The position numbers were made by a program, and so were the translations under genes. Below, in pieces: positions 27,518-37,122 of a DNA stretch of 64,000 bases. The notes under the pieces are model-generated. The model was not told where the DNA came from. It made no database searches and saw only the letters and a list, made by a program, of their open reading frames with translations. The stretch comes from a virus: IMG/VR virus record IMGVR_UViG_3300011187_000003, positions 23,726 to 87,725 of that record; one strand, given 5' to 3'. The first letter of the stretch is position 1; the number at the start of each line of letters is the position of its first letter.

Positions 27518-27528
27518 GGAGGGTTAAT

Positions 27529-27645
27529 ATGTTTGCAGTATTTATTACAATTTATTTATTAATACTAAGTATGTTTCTTGGGATTCCTCCAATTTTTATC
27601 CTGTTTTTAATATTATTAATTGTTCTTATCCCACCATTAAGTTAG
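27529..27645 (+). CDS. Small hydrophobic protein (38 aa)
   Basis: AGGAGGG RBS; wholly hydrophobic. Confidence 0.45.
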   Translation: MFAVFITIYLLILSMFLGIPPIFILFLILLIVLIPPLS

Positions 27646-27652
27646 AGTATTT

Positions 27653-27690
27653 GGTTGAAAAATATCGCTATTATGTGTATAATAATAATA
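27653..27690 (+). promoter_or_regulatory. Second (middle-type) promoter class GGTTGAAA-17-TATAAT-AATA
   Basis: Same pattern at 32759 (+), 1215-1245 (-), 7417-7447 (-); variant at 13313-13343 (-). Confidence 0.7.
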
Positions 27691-27722
27691 GAGAGTGATA
27701 AATAATAATTAACATTTAAGGA

Positions 27723-27956
27723 GTGATAACTTTGCCAATAACAACTTCTAGTAGGAGAGTGTACTTTACAGAAGAAGCTACAGATAAAGAAGCAAAAGAT
27801 ATTAAAGATATGTTTGATGATGAAGGCTACCTTTTAGAAAGTGACTTAGATGACCCAGCTAGGTATATTGTAGTTAGAGGGGCTCAAAGAGAGTTATTAA
27901 AACTAGATTTGATTTCACCAACTCTTAGTAAGATTAAAGTAGTTAAACCACTATAA
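27723..27956 (+). CDS. Hypothetical protein
   Basis: AAGGAG RBS (true start may be TTG a few codons in). Confidence 0.55.
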   Translation: MITLPITTSSRRVYFTEEATDKEAKDIKDMFDDEGYLLESDLDDPARYIVVRGAQRELLKLDLISPTLSKIKVVKPL

Positions 27957-27965
27957 AGGAGGCTA

Positions 27966-28102
27966 ATGATGTATAAGAAGATATGCCCTGAATGTGATAG
28001 TGCATCTTATAGCAGTGGCAAAAAGGTGAATGGATTTGTCCTTATTGTGATGAAGATATAGGTGATATAGAAGTTGAAAGAACAAAAGAGGATGGTGATT
28101 AA
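27966..28102 (+). pseudogene. Zinc-ribbon mini-gene broken in an A-run at about 28020
   Basis: CPEC and WICPYC halves lie in different frames across GGCAAAAAGG. Confidence 0.55.
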
Positions 28103-28105
28103 TAT

Positions 28106-28411
28106 ATGGTAATTGTCTTAAGTGCGCTAGGTATTGCTGTACTACTCCTGTTAGGTAATAACATAAGCAAGCTTAAAACCTATGAATGTTTGGGGTGTGG
28201 TTATAAAGAGTCACTAAGTAGATTCTTTACTAGGCATATTCCTTTTGGTAGCCAAACTATTTGCCCTAAGTGTCATAGTGAAAAAGTTTACCTTGTAGGT
28301 GAAGCTCGCAAAAAGAAAATAGATGAAATATTTGAACAAGAAAAAGATAGTGGAAGAGTAAAAAGAGGTAGTACAGTAGGAAGGAGTATTAATTTTGATA
28401 GTAGACAATAA
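28106..28411 (+). CDS. Membrane-anchored zinc-ribbon protein
   Basis: N-terminal TM; CLGC…CPKC. Confidence 0.6.
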   Translation: MVIVLSALGIAVLLLLGNNISKLKTYECLGCGYKESLSRFFTRHIPFGSQTICPKCHSEKVYLVGEARKKKIDEIFEQEKDSGRVKRGSTVGRSINFDSRQ

Positions 28412-28817
28412 AAAGATGAGATGTGTCAAGTGTCCAGCTACAGATGAGTGGCAGTTACTTAAGGAATGTTTAGGTTGTGGAGCCTCTGACCAAATACTTA
28501 GTGGTGAAGAGGGTAAGTTTGAGTGTAACTATAAAGAAAAACAAAAAGAATACCTAGAGGAAGATATCCATGACTATATTATGGATGAGATGGGTATTGT
28601 AGAACTTGATGACTATGTAGATAAAAAAGTTAGAATGGAATTTGAGCAGTTAGGCGATACCTGTTTTCGCTATGACCCTGAAGAAGTTGAATTAACTGAT
28701 GAACTACTTGACTACATGATAGAGTTATCTGAAACCACTAATGAACTTGAGTATAGACTAGAAGCTGATGGTGATGATGTTATTTCCAAAAGAAGGGGTA
28801 CTTATTACAACACCTAA
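28395..28817 (+). CDS. Cys-rich acidic hypothetical protein
   Basis: CVKC, CLGC; AAGGAG RBS. Confidence 0.6.
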   Translation: MIVDNKKMRCVKCPATDEWQLLKECLGCGASDQILSGEEGKFECNYKEKQKEYLEEDIHDYIMDEMGIVELDDYVDKKVRMEFEQLGDTCFRYDPEEVELTDELLDYMIELSETTNELEYRLEADGDDVISKRRGTYYNT

Positions 28818-29121
28818 AAAATTTGATATGCTTGATTTTATCAATAGGCGTAGAAAGCAGATACTTGTACATAGTTGTGTTTATTATCGCTTTGGTACAA
28901 GTATAATCAGTGATGATAAGTTTGACACTTGGGGTTACCAGCTGGTAGATGCTGAACTGTCACATCCTAAGTTGGCTGAAAAAGCTGACTACCATGAAGT
29001 ATTTAAGGACTTTGATGGTAGCACAGGGTACTATCTTCCAATAGGTGAACCTGAGATAGTTAACATTGCTCATAGGTTAATAAAAATGAAGGAGGACAAT
29101 TATGGAGGAAATTTCAGATAA
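28768..29121 (+). CDS. Stand-alone NAD-dependent DNA ligase N-terminal (domain Ia-like) protein; real start probably downstream
   Basis: LVHSCVYYR…IISDDKFD…L motif. Confidence 0.65.
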   Translation: MVMMLFPKEGVLITTPKKFDMLDFINRRRKQILVHSCVYYRFGTSIISDDKFDTWGYQLVDAELSHPKLAEKADYHEVFKDFDGSTGYYLPIGEPEIVNIAHRLIKMKEDNYGGNFR

Positions 29122-29878
29122 AGAAATCTATAATAATTCAATGAGTAAGTCAGTGCTTGATAAGATGTTTTTCCTTGATAAAGTCCCTGATAATATAGCA
29201 ATCCTAGATTGGGGATGTGCAGATGGGACACTGCTTAAAGAGGTTATGAGGTTTTTCCCTGAGAATGAATATTTAGGGTATGATATTGATGAAGATATGT
29301 GCAAAAAAGCTATGGATAATATTGATGAAGAAGTATTTATTGGTTGGGATATCAATAATATCTTTAGAATAATAGCTGATGAATATCCTGACAAAAAAGT
29401 AGTAGTTAACCTTTCTTCAGTAATCCATGAGGTCTACAGCTATAGGAATACTGAGGAAATAGATGCCTTTTGGGAAGATGTATTTCAGCTGGCAGATATT
29501 GTGGTTATCAGAGATATGGTTTTTAGGCAGTCAATGGATAGAAATGCCTGCCCTAATGATGTAAGAAAAATACGCTCCAATGCTGACAGAAGATATCTTC
29601 AGGATTTTGAGAGTATTGAAGGGTCAATCACCAACAACAAAAATTTGATTCATTATTTAATGAAGTATAGATACAAGGATAATTGGGAAAGGGAAGTTAG
29701 GGAGAATTATTTCCCACTTTCAAGAGAGCGACTGGATAGAATTATACCTAGTAATTTTAAAATTAGGTATGATAGCATGTTTGCACTACCTTATACTCAG
29801 CGTAGAGTTGAGGAAGATTTTGGGGTAGAGATTAAAGATGACACACACTTGAAATTAATATTAGAAAAGGATGGTTAG
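29102..29878 (+). CDS. Class I SAM-dependent methyltransferase
   Basis: ILDWGCADG, GYDI, LSSVIHEVYSY, IRD motifs. Confidence 0.8.
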   Translation: MEEISDKEIYNNSMSKSVLDKMFFLDKVPDNIAILDWGCADGTLLKEVMRFFPENEYLGYDIDEDMCKKAMDNIDEEVFIGWDINNIFRIIADEYPDKKVVVNLSSVIHEVYSYRNTEEIDAFWEDVFQLADIVVIRDMVFRQSMDRNACPNDVRKIRSNADRRYLQDFESIEGSITNNKNLIHYLMKYRYKDNWEREVRENYFPLSRERLDRIIPSNFKIRYDSMFALPYTQRRVEEDFGVEIKDDTHLKLILEKDG

Positions 29879-30290
29879 AATGTATGAATATAAAGCAGTT
29901 GTAGAGGATGCAATTGATGGAGATACCATTGATGTAAAGGTTGACTTGGGGTTTTCCATATTTAAGAAGGCAAGGTTAAGGTTAAATGGAATAGATACTC
30001 CTGAGACTAGTAGATGTAGCAAAAAACAGGAGAGAGCTGGAGAATTGGTTAGTAAATTTGTTGAGGATATTTTATTTGACAATAAGCTGGTATATATCAC
30101 TACCCATAAAAAGGGTAGTTTTGGTAGGTACCTTGCAGATGTTTATATTCCTAATCTTGATAAATCATTTAACCAGTTTCTTTATGATGAAGGGTATGCT
30201 ATCAAGTATGGTAGGCATACTGAATGGAAAGGTAAAAAACTTAATAAAATTATAGAAGAGTTATCATACCTAGAAGATAAGGAGGAGTAA
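29871..30290 (+). CDS. Thermonuclease (SNase) family protein
   Basis: IDGDTI, RLNGIDTPE, FGRYLA motifs. Confidence 0.88.
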   Translation: MVRMYEYKAVVEDAIDGDTIDVKVDLGFSIFKKARLRLNGIDTPETSRCSKKQERAGELVSKFVEDILFDNKLVYITTHKKGSFGRYLADVYIPNLDKSFNQFLYDEGYAIKYGRHTEWKGKKLNKIIEELSYLEDKEE

Positions 30291-30291
30291 C

Positions 30292-30495
30292 ATGAATAGT
30301 GATACAACTGAAGATGTGGTTAGAAATTTGACTGTCAATGTTGAATATAAAACTTGGTTTGATGATTACTTAAATGACTTAGAAGGTATGGCTAAAAACT
30401 TACTTCGCTCAGGAGTGCCTAAAGCTAAAGTGAAAAAGATTGTAGCCATGAACATAAAAGAAGTAGCCCCTGAAGCAACAGAGGTTAGGTTTTAA
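30292..30495 (+). CDS. Hypothetical protein
   Basis: AAGGAGGAG RBS. Confidence 0.55.
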   Translation: MNSDTTEDVVRNLTVNVEYKTWFDDYLNDLEGMAKNLLRSGVPKAKVKKIVAMNIKEVAPEATEVRF

Positions 30496-30989
30496 TGATT
30501 TACTTAATTGCTGATACTCATTTTGGTCATAAAAATATTATAGAGTATGAAGATAGACCCTTTGATAATATAGACGATATGGATAGTGAGCTGATTAAAA
30601 GGTGGAATAGCGTGGTTGATGAAAATGATTTAGTCTACCACTTAGGTGATGTATTTCTTTGCAACACTGATAGACAGTTCAAGATATTTAACCAGCTAAA
30701 TGGTACTATTCATTTAATCAGAGGGAATCATGACAAGCAAACTAAAACTAAATTAGTTGATAGGTTAGGTTTTGAGAGTGTTAGAGGCCAATATCAGCAC
30801 AAAGGCATGCTGTTGACACACAAACCTAAAGAAGATACAGGGATATTTAATATTCATGGTCATTCACATAGTAGAAGGAAAAAAGATGCTAGTCACTTTT
30901 GTGTTTCAGTAGAGGAGAATAACTATACTCCAGTTAGTTTCAGAAGAATTTTAGCATACAAACATGCACAATATTTTAATTTTAGATAA
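30495..30989 (+). CDS. Calcineurin-like metallophosphoesterase
   Basis: DTHFGH, HLGD, GNHD, HGHSH. Confidence 0.9.
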   Translation: MIYLIADTHFGHKNIIEYEDRPFDNIDDMDSELIKRWNSVVDENDLVYHLGDVFLCNTDRQFKIFNQLNGTIHLIRGNHDKQTKTKLVDRLGFESVRGQYQHKGMLLTHKPKEDTGIFNIHGHSHSRRKKDASHFCVSVEENNYTPVSFRRILAYKHAQYFNFR

Positions 30990-31001
30990 AGGAGGGAGAT
31001 A

Positions 31002-31280
31002 ATGGAAATACCAATTGATGACGACCTGTACATAAAGGATAACAATTTAAACATTTCACTTGCTAAATACAAAGGGAAAGATAAAAAAGGTCAGGATAAA
31101 TGGGAGTACATAGCTCATAAGCGTAGTATCAGTTCAGTTCTAAGGTCTTATAGGTATTACATAGTAAGAACCTGTGATGCAAAAAGCTTTGGTGAATTAA
31201 GGGAAGTATTTTTAAGAACTGAAGAGGTTATCCAAAGTATTGATGATAAGTTAGATGTAGAATTATCATTAAAGGAGTGA
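31002..31280 (+). CDS. Hypothetical protein
   Basis: AAGGAGGG RBS. Confidence 0.6.
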   Translation: MEIPIDDDLYIKDNNLNISLAKYKGKDKKGQDKWEYIAHKRSISSVLRSYRYYIVRTCDAKSFGELREVFLRTEEVIQSIDDKLDVELSLKE

Positions 31281-31537
31281 TTAAAATGGCCAAATGTCCA
31301 GTATGCAAGAGTGAACTTGATGGTGCTGTAAATCAATATAATGGCACTTTGATTGAGGAATTTCAAGATTGCCCTGAGTGTAGTTATGAATATGATTTTG
31401 TCTATGGAGCTGAAAGATATAGGGTAGATGGCAAGACTTTTGTTTGGCCTGATGTAACAGATATCCCCTTAGAGGAGCAGAAAGAAAAAGACAAAGCTAT
31501 TGCTTATGCAAGGAAGAATTATAACTCAAATAATTAG
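31277..31537 (+). CDS. Zinc-ribbon protein
   Basis: CPVC…CPEC. Confidence 0.6.
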   Translation: MIKMAKCPVCKSELDGAVNQYNGTLIEEFQDCPECSYEYDFVYGAERYRVDGKTFVWPDVTDIPLEEQKEKDKAIAYARKNYNSNN

Positions 31538-31545
31538 GCAGGTGA

Positions 31546-31728
31546 TTGTGTATTAGTTGGAATGACTATCACAGGGAAGTTAATGAAAAACACGCTAAGT
31601 TTTTAATCAGTATTGGTAAGGTAAATAGCATTTTAGATGACTGTCCTTATTGCCAGCTACCAATAGCTGACTGTAGACACTGGACAGAAGAGGCTAAGTT
31701 ACAACTGAAGGGTGGTAAGTATTTATGA
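31546..31728 (+). CDS. Hypothetical protein
   Basis: CPYC motif; operon context. Confidence 0.45.
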   Translation: MCISWNDYHREVNEKHAKFLISIGKVNSILDDCPYCQLPIADCRHWTEEAKLQLKGGKYL

Positions 31729-31881
31729 TTTGGGTGATTGGGAACCATTATCTCAAGGGTAGAATGGCAATACCTATAGATGAAGATGATGATATACATG
31801 AAGTACATAAAGAGCTAAAAAAGAAAATGAAGGTAGAAGATATTGTTAGAACAGACCATGAGCTAAAGGAGGAGTTAGACA

Positions 31882-32085
31882 TTGAGAGTTAGTAACGATT
31901 TATTAAAAAAGATAGTGCTTGCCTTAAAAGATGGCAATATTGAAGAAGCTTTAGAGTTATCTGAAGATGTACCATTAATTATAGATGTAAATACTGATGA
32001 ATGGGAGTTTGCTGAAGGCAATGTACTTACATTAAATGACCTAACAGAAACTTTAATCAAAAGGGAGGAAAATAAGCGTGGATAG
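31882..32085 (+). CDS. Hypothetical protein
   Basis: AAGGAGGAG RBS, TTG start. Confidence 0.55.
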   Translation: MRVSNDLLKKIVLALKDGNIEEALELSEDVPLIIDVNTDEWEFAEGNVLTLNDLTETLIKREENKRG

Positions 32086-32335
32086 CGAAACAATTCTTGA
32101 CTTAATAAAAAAAGAGCTTGACACTTTCAAAGAGACATACCCTAATAATGAGCCTGCTATAATTATGGGGAATAGTACATATAAAGTTTTCTTAGAAGAG
32201 TCTCAAAGAAGGCTTATGAGTGATGATATAAATGTTGCTCATGAGCCAATCACAAATTATTTGGATTGTAAGATATATGTTGTTGATAGAGATAGTTACT
32301 TAAATATTTTAAAGGAGAGTGATGTAGTTGGGTAA
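32078..32335 (+). CDS. Hypothetical protein
   Basis: GGGAGG RBS. Confidence 0.55.
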   Translation: MDSETILDLIKKELDTFKETYPNNEPAIIMGNSTYKVFLEESQRRLMSDDINVAHEPITNYLDCKIYVVDRDSYLNILKESDVVG

Positions 32336-32481
32336 GAAGAGCTATAAATGCCCTAGATGTGGTTCAATGTATCCTAGAAGAGTATGGAAAAATGCAAAGA
32401 GCATATATGGTACTTTTTATTTCTGCCCTGATTGTGAGACCAAACACCACTGGAATGACCTAAGAGTGGTGAGGCCTAAAG

Positions 32482-32727
32482 ATGTATAAACAACTAGAAT
32501 CTGATTTTACAAAAGACAAGATAGAGGATGGGGAGATATGGATAGTTGACTTGATGACAGCTATTTTTGGGGATAGAACTACAGCTAGAAAAATGATTAA
32601 AGATGAAGAGTTAGAGATTACCCTTAACAAAGAGCCATTGCCAACTAGGATAGATACAGATATTGAGATACAGCATAGTGATGTTGTGGGGATTAGAGAC
32701 CACAATGTAAGAATTATGCTTAAATAA
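32482..32727 (+). CDS. Hypothetical protein, possibly S4-like RNA-binding fold
   Basis: RTTARKMIKD…ITLN…DVVGI pattern. Confidence 0.45.
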   Translation: MYKQLESDFTKDKIEDGEIWIVDLMTAIFGDRTTARKMIKDEELEITLNKEPLPTRIDTDIEIQHSDVVGIRDHNVRIMLK

Positions 32728-32804
32728 ATGTAAATTATTACAAAGAATCTTTAGTAATGGTTGAAATTTTATACTCAAATGTGTATAATAATAGTAGAAG
32801 GGAT

Positions 32805-32834
32805 AAAAAGAGCAGGGAAACCTGTTCTTTTTTT
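32805..32834 (+). terminator. Terminator-like hairpin immediately after promoter 32759
   Basis: AAGAGCAGG-GAAA-CCTGTTCTT-TTTTT. Confidence 0.65.
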
Positions 32835-32873
32835 ACCATCATTCTTAGTAATACTTTACAGTGGGGGTGATAT

Positions 32874-33491
32874 ATTATTAAAAATCAGTTAGATGATATT
32901 GATATCAGCCTTAATAAGTTTGAAAAAGAGCTGAAGTATATAGAAACACCTGATACAACATCAAGGGCAGAGCTTACTGAAAGAAATGGCTTCCCTTACA
33001 TAAATGAAACACTAATGGAACTATTGATTGAGAATCAGAAAGTACCATCACCCTTCGATGTGTTTGTTCGATACTTACATAATAATGAGGGTGACTACAA
33101 TGTCAAAGAAGCTTTAGGTAGAGGGTTTAAACGCCAACTAAGAGACAGAGTTTACAGGGCTTATTACTCATTAATAAGGGAGATTCACTTCGCAATGATG
33201 CTTAGTGATTTAGACTTAAAGGTTGTTTACAGCACTGAGATAGACTTGGATAAAGGTATTGATGTGTTGATTGACAATCAAGGAATTACATATGGTTTAC
33301 ATTTATTTTTAGATAGTAAGAGAAGCATTCAGCATAGGCAAAGAAAAAAGAGGTCAGAGTATGATGTTGATGTCTCAATTGAAGTACCATTCACAAGTGG
33401 TAGAGCAGTTGGGGGTTTTGACCTTTATACTACTGAGTATATTGTTGATGTGCTGGAAGAAATAATTAAATATCATGGAAAGGTGGCATAA
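32874..33491 (+). CDS. TaqI-like PD-(D/E)XK nuclease (probable ATT start upstream of the track ATG)
   Basis: RVYRAYYSLIREIHF…DLDKGIDVL…GLHLF; frame open back to 32871 after GGGGGTG. Confidence 0.55.
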   Translation: MIKNQLDDIDISLNKFEKELKYIETPDTTSRAELTERNGFPYINETLMELLIENQKVPSPFDVFVRYLHNNEGDYNVKEALGRGFKRQLRDRVYRAYYSLIREIHFAMMLSDLDLKVVYSTEIDLDKGIDVLIDNQGITYGLHLFLDSKRSIQHRQRKKRSEYDVDVSIEVPFTSGRAVGGFDLYTTEYIVDVLEEIIKYHGKVA

Positions 33492-33494
33492 TAT

Positions 33495-34046
33495 ATGCAA
33501 AAAGTTGTTGCTATTGGTGGTCATGCTGAACATGGCAAGGATACATTGGCAGATATGATAAAAGAAAAATTAGAAGAGAAGGATGAAGAGGTTGCAAGGT
33601 ATGCTTTTGCAGAGTCCTTAAAAATGATTGCAGAATCTATATTTGATTGGGATGGGAGCAAAGATAAATATGGTAGAACCCTACTGCAAGAGTTGGGTAG
33701 TTTTGCAAGAGAATATATTGATGAAGACTTTTGGGTAAAAGATGTAGCTGAACAGATTGATGCTTTTAAAAATGCAGTTGACTATCATCTTATCTCAGAT
33801 TTAAGATACCCAAATGAAGCAGAGTATTTTAGGGAGAATGACTATGATAACTTAATAGTTAAAGTAACTAGATTGGATGAAGATGGTAATCTTTACTCAA
33901 ATTCCCTCTCAGGGGAGCAGAAGGAGCATCACAGTGAAACAAGCATTGACCTTATTGATTATGACCTACATGTAGTTGCTGACTCGCTAGACACCCTTGA
34001 GGAGTCTGCAGAAAAGATTACAGAGATGATAACTGAAGGAGAGTAA
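33495..34046 (+). CDS. Deoxynucleoside monophosphate kinase
   Basis: GHAEHGKDT P-loop, FAESLK, R.LLQ.LG, ISDLRYPNE, H.SE. Confidence 0.85.
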   Translation: MQKVVAIGGHAEHGKDTLADMIKEKLEEKDEEVARYAFAESLKMIAESIFDWDGSKDKYGRTLLQELGSFAREYIDEDFWVKDVAEQIDAFKNAVDYHLISDLRYPNEAEYFRENDYDNLIVKVTRLDEDGNLYSNSLSGEQKEHHSETSIDLIDYDLHVVADSLDTLEESAEKITEMITEGE

Positions 34047-34050
34047 TAGT

Positions 34051-37000
34051 ATGAGTAAATTTATTCACTTACATAATCATACAGCTAGAGGGTCACTTCT
34101 TGACTCTATGGTAAATACAGAAGAGCTGGTGAAAAAGGCTAAAGAACACGACATGCCAGCTATAGCAATCTCTGACCATGCTACTTTATCATCTTTTGTA
34201 AGGTTTTATAAAGTTTGCAGAGAGCATGATGTAAAACCCATCTTTGGTGTAGAGATGTACATGGTAGATAACATAAATATTAAAGATAAAGATGAAAAGA
34301 AAAACCACTTATTGTTGTTGGCTAAAAACAAGAAGGGTCTTAAAAACTTATTTAAGCTTATCACAATAGGTAATAAGCACTTCTACAAAAAGCCTAACAT
34401 AGATTTTGAGACATTAAAGAAACATAAGGAGGGCTTAATCGTCTCTTCTGCATGTCTAGCTGGTAAGGTTTCACAGCTGGCATTGAGTGAGCAATATAAT
34501 GAAATGGAAGAGGCTATCAAGAAGTATAAAAATGAGTTTGGTGATGATTTCTATTTGGAAGTTATGGCTAATAAGATGGATGACCAAATTCAAGCCAATA
34601 AAGTGATTGCTACTGCAAGCAGGAAATTTAATATGCCAACAATTGCTACAAATGACCTACATTATTTAGAGAAAGATGATTATGAGACTCATGATGTGTT
34701 GTTGGCTGTCCAAACTCGTGCAAAACTAGATGATGAAGATAGGTTCAGATTTTCAGCTAATGAATTTTACTTCAAGGATTATGAGGAAATGAAGCAGGGG
34801 TTATTCAATGGTGAAGAGCAGTTTAATGGTTTCGCTGAACAAGCATTAGCCAACACCCTAGAAGTTGCTGAGAAGATAGAGAAGTTTGAAATACAGTTAG
34901 GTCAAACTAATTTCCCTGAGTATGAAGTGCCTGAAGGGTATGACCCTGATAGTTACCTAAAAGCAGTTACCCATCACAGATTAAAAGACCTTGTGAATAA
35001 AAAGGGAGTTGACTATGAGGAGTATAAAGAAAGGCTAGAGTATGAGCTAGACATAATCATAGAGAAGGGTTTTTCTACATACTTTTTGATTGTAGCTGAT
35101 GTAATAGGTTGGGGGAAGAAAAATGATATCCTATTCAATTTTGGCAGGGGGAGTGCTGGTTCAAGTCTTGCTTCTTACCTGCTAGGAATAATTGAAATTG
35201 ACCCTATAAAATATAACTTGGTATTTAGTAGATTCTTAAACAAAGAGAGGGATTCTGACCCTGATATTGATATAGATACAAGCAATGAAGATAGAGAAAG
35301 AATTATTAATTACCTGCAAGAGAAATATGGTAAAGAGTATGTAGCACAGATTTGTACTTTTGGTACTATGTCAATGAAGGCTGTAATCAAAGATGTTGGT
35401 AGAGTAATGGGAATAGACTTTGACATTCTCAATGATGAAATTGTGCCTCTCATTGATGATGATGCAGATGGCTTACAAGATGCCTTAGACCAAAGCTATG
35501 AGCTACAGAAGTATAAAGAAAGATATCCTGACTTATTTAAGCATGCATTAAAACTTGAAGATATGCCTAGACATTTCAGTAAGCATGCAGGTGCAGTTGT
35601 TGTCTCACCTAAGCCAATTACTGACATAGCACCATTGTCAAAGGTTAAAGGTGACATGATAACTCAAACTGAGATGCATGACTCTGAGGATTTAGGGATG
35701 CTTAAGATTGACTTCTTAGGGTTAAAAACCTTAGACCTAGTTAAAACTACAATTAAGTTTGTACATAATAGAGATGATTTAGATAAGTTTGATTGGATTC
35801 CAACTACAAAGAATCTAAAGAACATAAATCTTGAAGATAAAAATGTTTATGAAGGTATTTATAAATCAAAAGATGTGAGTGGGGTTTTTCAGGTAGAGTC
35901 AGATTTATATAGACAGTTGCTTGACAAGATGCAACCTGAAAGCTTTGAGCAAATAATAGCCTTACTTGCTATTGGTAGACCATCAATACTACAGGCTGAC
36001 CTAGACCAAACTTATATTGATAGGTTACATGGTCGTGAAGAGCCAGAGTATCCTCATCCTGATTTAAAGGAAGCTTTAAAACCTACATTTGGTATTATGC
36101 TTTATCAGGAGCAGGTACTTGAAACAGCTAGGACTATTGCAGGCTTTAGTTATGGTGAGGGTGATATTTTACGCAGATTGATTGGGAAAAAGAAGCCTGA
36201 AAAACTAAAGAAAATGAAAGATAAATTTGTGAGTGACTCAATAGAGAATGGGTACACAGAAAAATTTGCCAATGAGATATTTGAGCTAATTGAATACTTT
36301 GCTGGTTATGGATTTAATAAATCTCATTCAACAGCCTATGCAAAGTTAAGTTATGTGACAGCATACTTAAAGCACTACTTTTCAACAGAGTTTTACGCTT
36401 CATTATTAACACTGGAGTCAGATAAGTCTCCTAAAGATAGTAAGATGAATCAGTACATAAGTGAGTGCTATCAAAAAGAGATTGAGATTAAACCTCCACA
36501 TATTAATAAAAGTGCTGAAGATTTTAATGTTGTGGATGGAATTATTCGCTTTGGGCTTAGGAGTATTAATCATGTTGGTGACTCAGCTCTTGAAGTTATC
36601 ATGGAGAAGAGACCATTTGATGATTTCTTAGACTTCTATGAAAGAACAAACTCAAGAGTGGTCAATAAGACTGTAGTTGAAGCATTACTGAAGTCAGGAG
36701 CTTTTAACTGGTGTGATTATGACAGAAATAGATTAATCCATTGCTATTATGAGTTAAGAGACAATGATATGGTTCAACAGTATTTAATTCCACAATTTGA
36801 GCCAACTACAAAAAAGGATGTAATGATGTATGAAAGAGACTTGCTAAGCTTTTCAATCACCCATCCTTCTAAGTGGGAACAGGCTCAAACTGGAGATAAA
36901 ATACTTTATGAAGGAACAATAAGAAACTATAGAGGTCACACTACAAAGGGTAATCATCAGATGGCATTTTTTGACTTAGAGTTTGATGGTGGCATTGTTG

Positions 37001-37122
37001 ATGTGGTTGTGTTCCCTAAGAGATTTTATAAATACAGAGAGAATTTAGAGAATAATAAAGATATTAAAATACTGGGAGAAAAAACAGAGAATAACTCATT
37101 AAAACTAATTGGGGTGAAGTAA
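34051..37122 (+). CDS. dnaE: DNA polymerase III alpha subunit
   Basis: PHP HLHNHT..GSLLD, GRGSAGSS, PDIDID, HAGAVV, KIDFLGL, YGFNKSHS. Confidence 0.97.
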   Translation: MSKFIHLHNHTARGSLLDSMVNTEELVKKAKEHDMPAIAISDHATLSSFVRFYKVCREHDVKPIFGVEMYMVDNINIKDKDEKKNHLLLLAKNKKGLKNLFKLITIGNKHFYKKPNIDFETLKKHKEGLIVSSACLAGKVSQLALSEQYNEMEEAIKKYKNEFGDDFYLEVMANKMDDQIQANKVIATASRKFNMPTIATNDLHYLEKDDYETHDVLLAVQTRAKLDDEDRFRFSANEFYFKDYEEMKQGLFNGEEQFNGFAEQALANTLEVAEKIEKFEIQLGQTNFPEYEVPEGYDPDSYLKAVTHHRLKDLVNKKGVDYEEYKERLEYELDIIIEKGFSTYFLIVADVIGWGKKNDILFNFGRGSAGSSLASYLLGIIEIDPIKYNLVFSRFLNKERDSDPDIDIDTSNEDRERIINYLQEKYGKEYVAQICTFGTMSMKAVIKDVGRVMGIDFDILNDEIVPLIDDDADGLQDALDQSYELQKYKERYPDLFKHALKLEDMPRHFSKHAGAVVVSPKPITDIAPLSKVKGDMITQTEMHDSEDLGMLKIDFLGLKTLDLVKTTIKFVHNRDDLDKFDWIPTTKNLKNINLEDKNVYEGIYKSKDVSGVFQVESDLYRQLLDKMQPESFEQIIALLAIGRPSILQADLDQTYIDRLHGREEPEYPHPDLKEALKPTFGIMLYQEQVLETARTIAGFSYGEGDILRRLIGKKKPEKLKKMKDKFVSDSIENGYTEKFANEIFELIEYFAGYGFNKSHSTAYAKLSYVTAYLKHYFSTEFYASLLTLESDKSPKDSKMNQYISECYQKEIEIKPPHINKSAEDFNVVDGIIRFGLRSINHVGDSALEVIMEKRPFDDFLDFYERTNSRVVNKTVVEALLKSGAFNWCDYDRNRLIHCYYELRDNDMVQQYLIPQFEPTTKKDVMMYERDLLSFSITHPSKWEQAQTGDKILYEGTIRNYRGHTTKGNHQMAFFDLEFDGGIVDVVVFPKRFYKYRENLENNKDIKILGEKTENNSLKLIGVK

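Noticed and set aside
33015-33491. Active TCGA restriction system
   Set aside because: TCGA sites are present in the window, including within this gene, and no cognate DNA methyltransferase is adjacent; specificity unknown.
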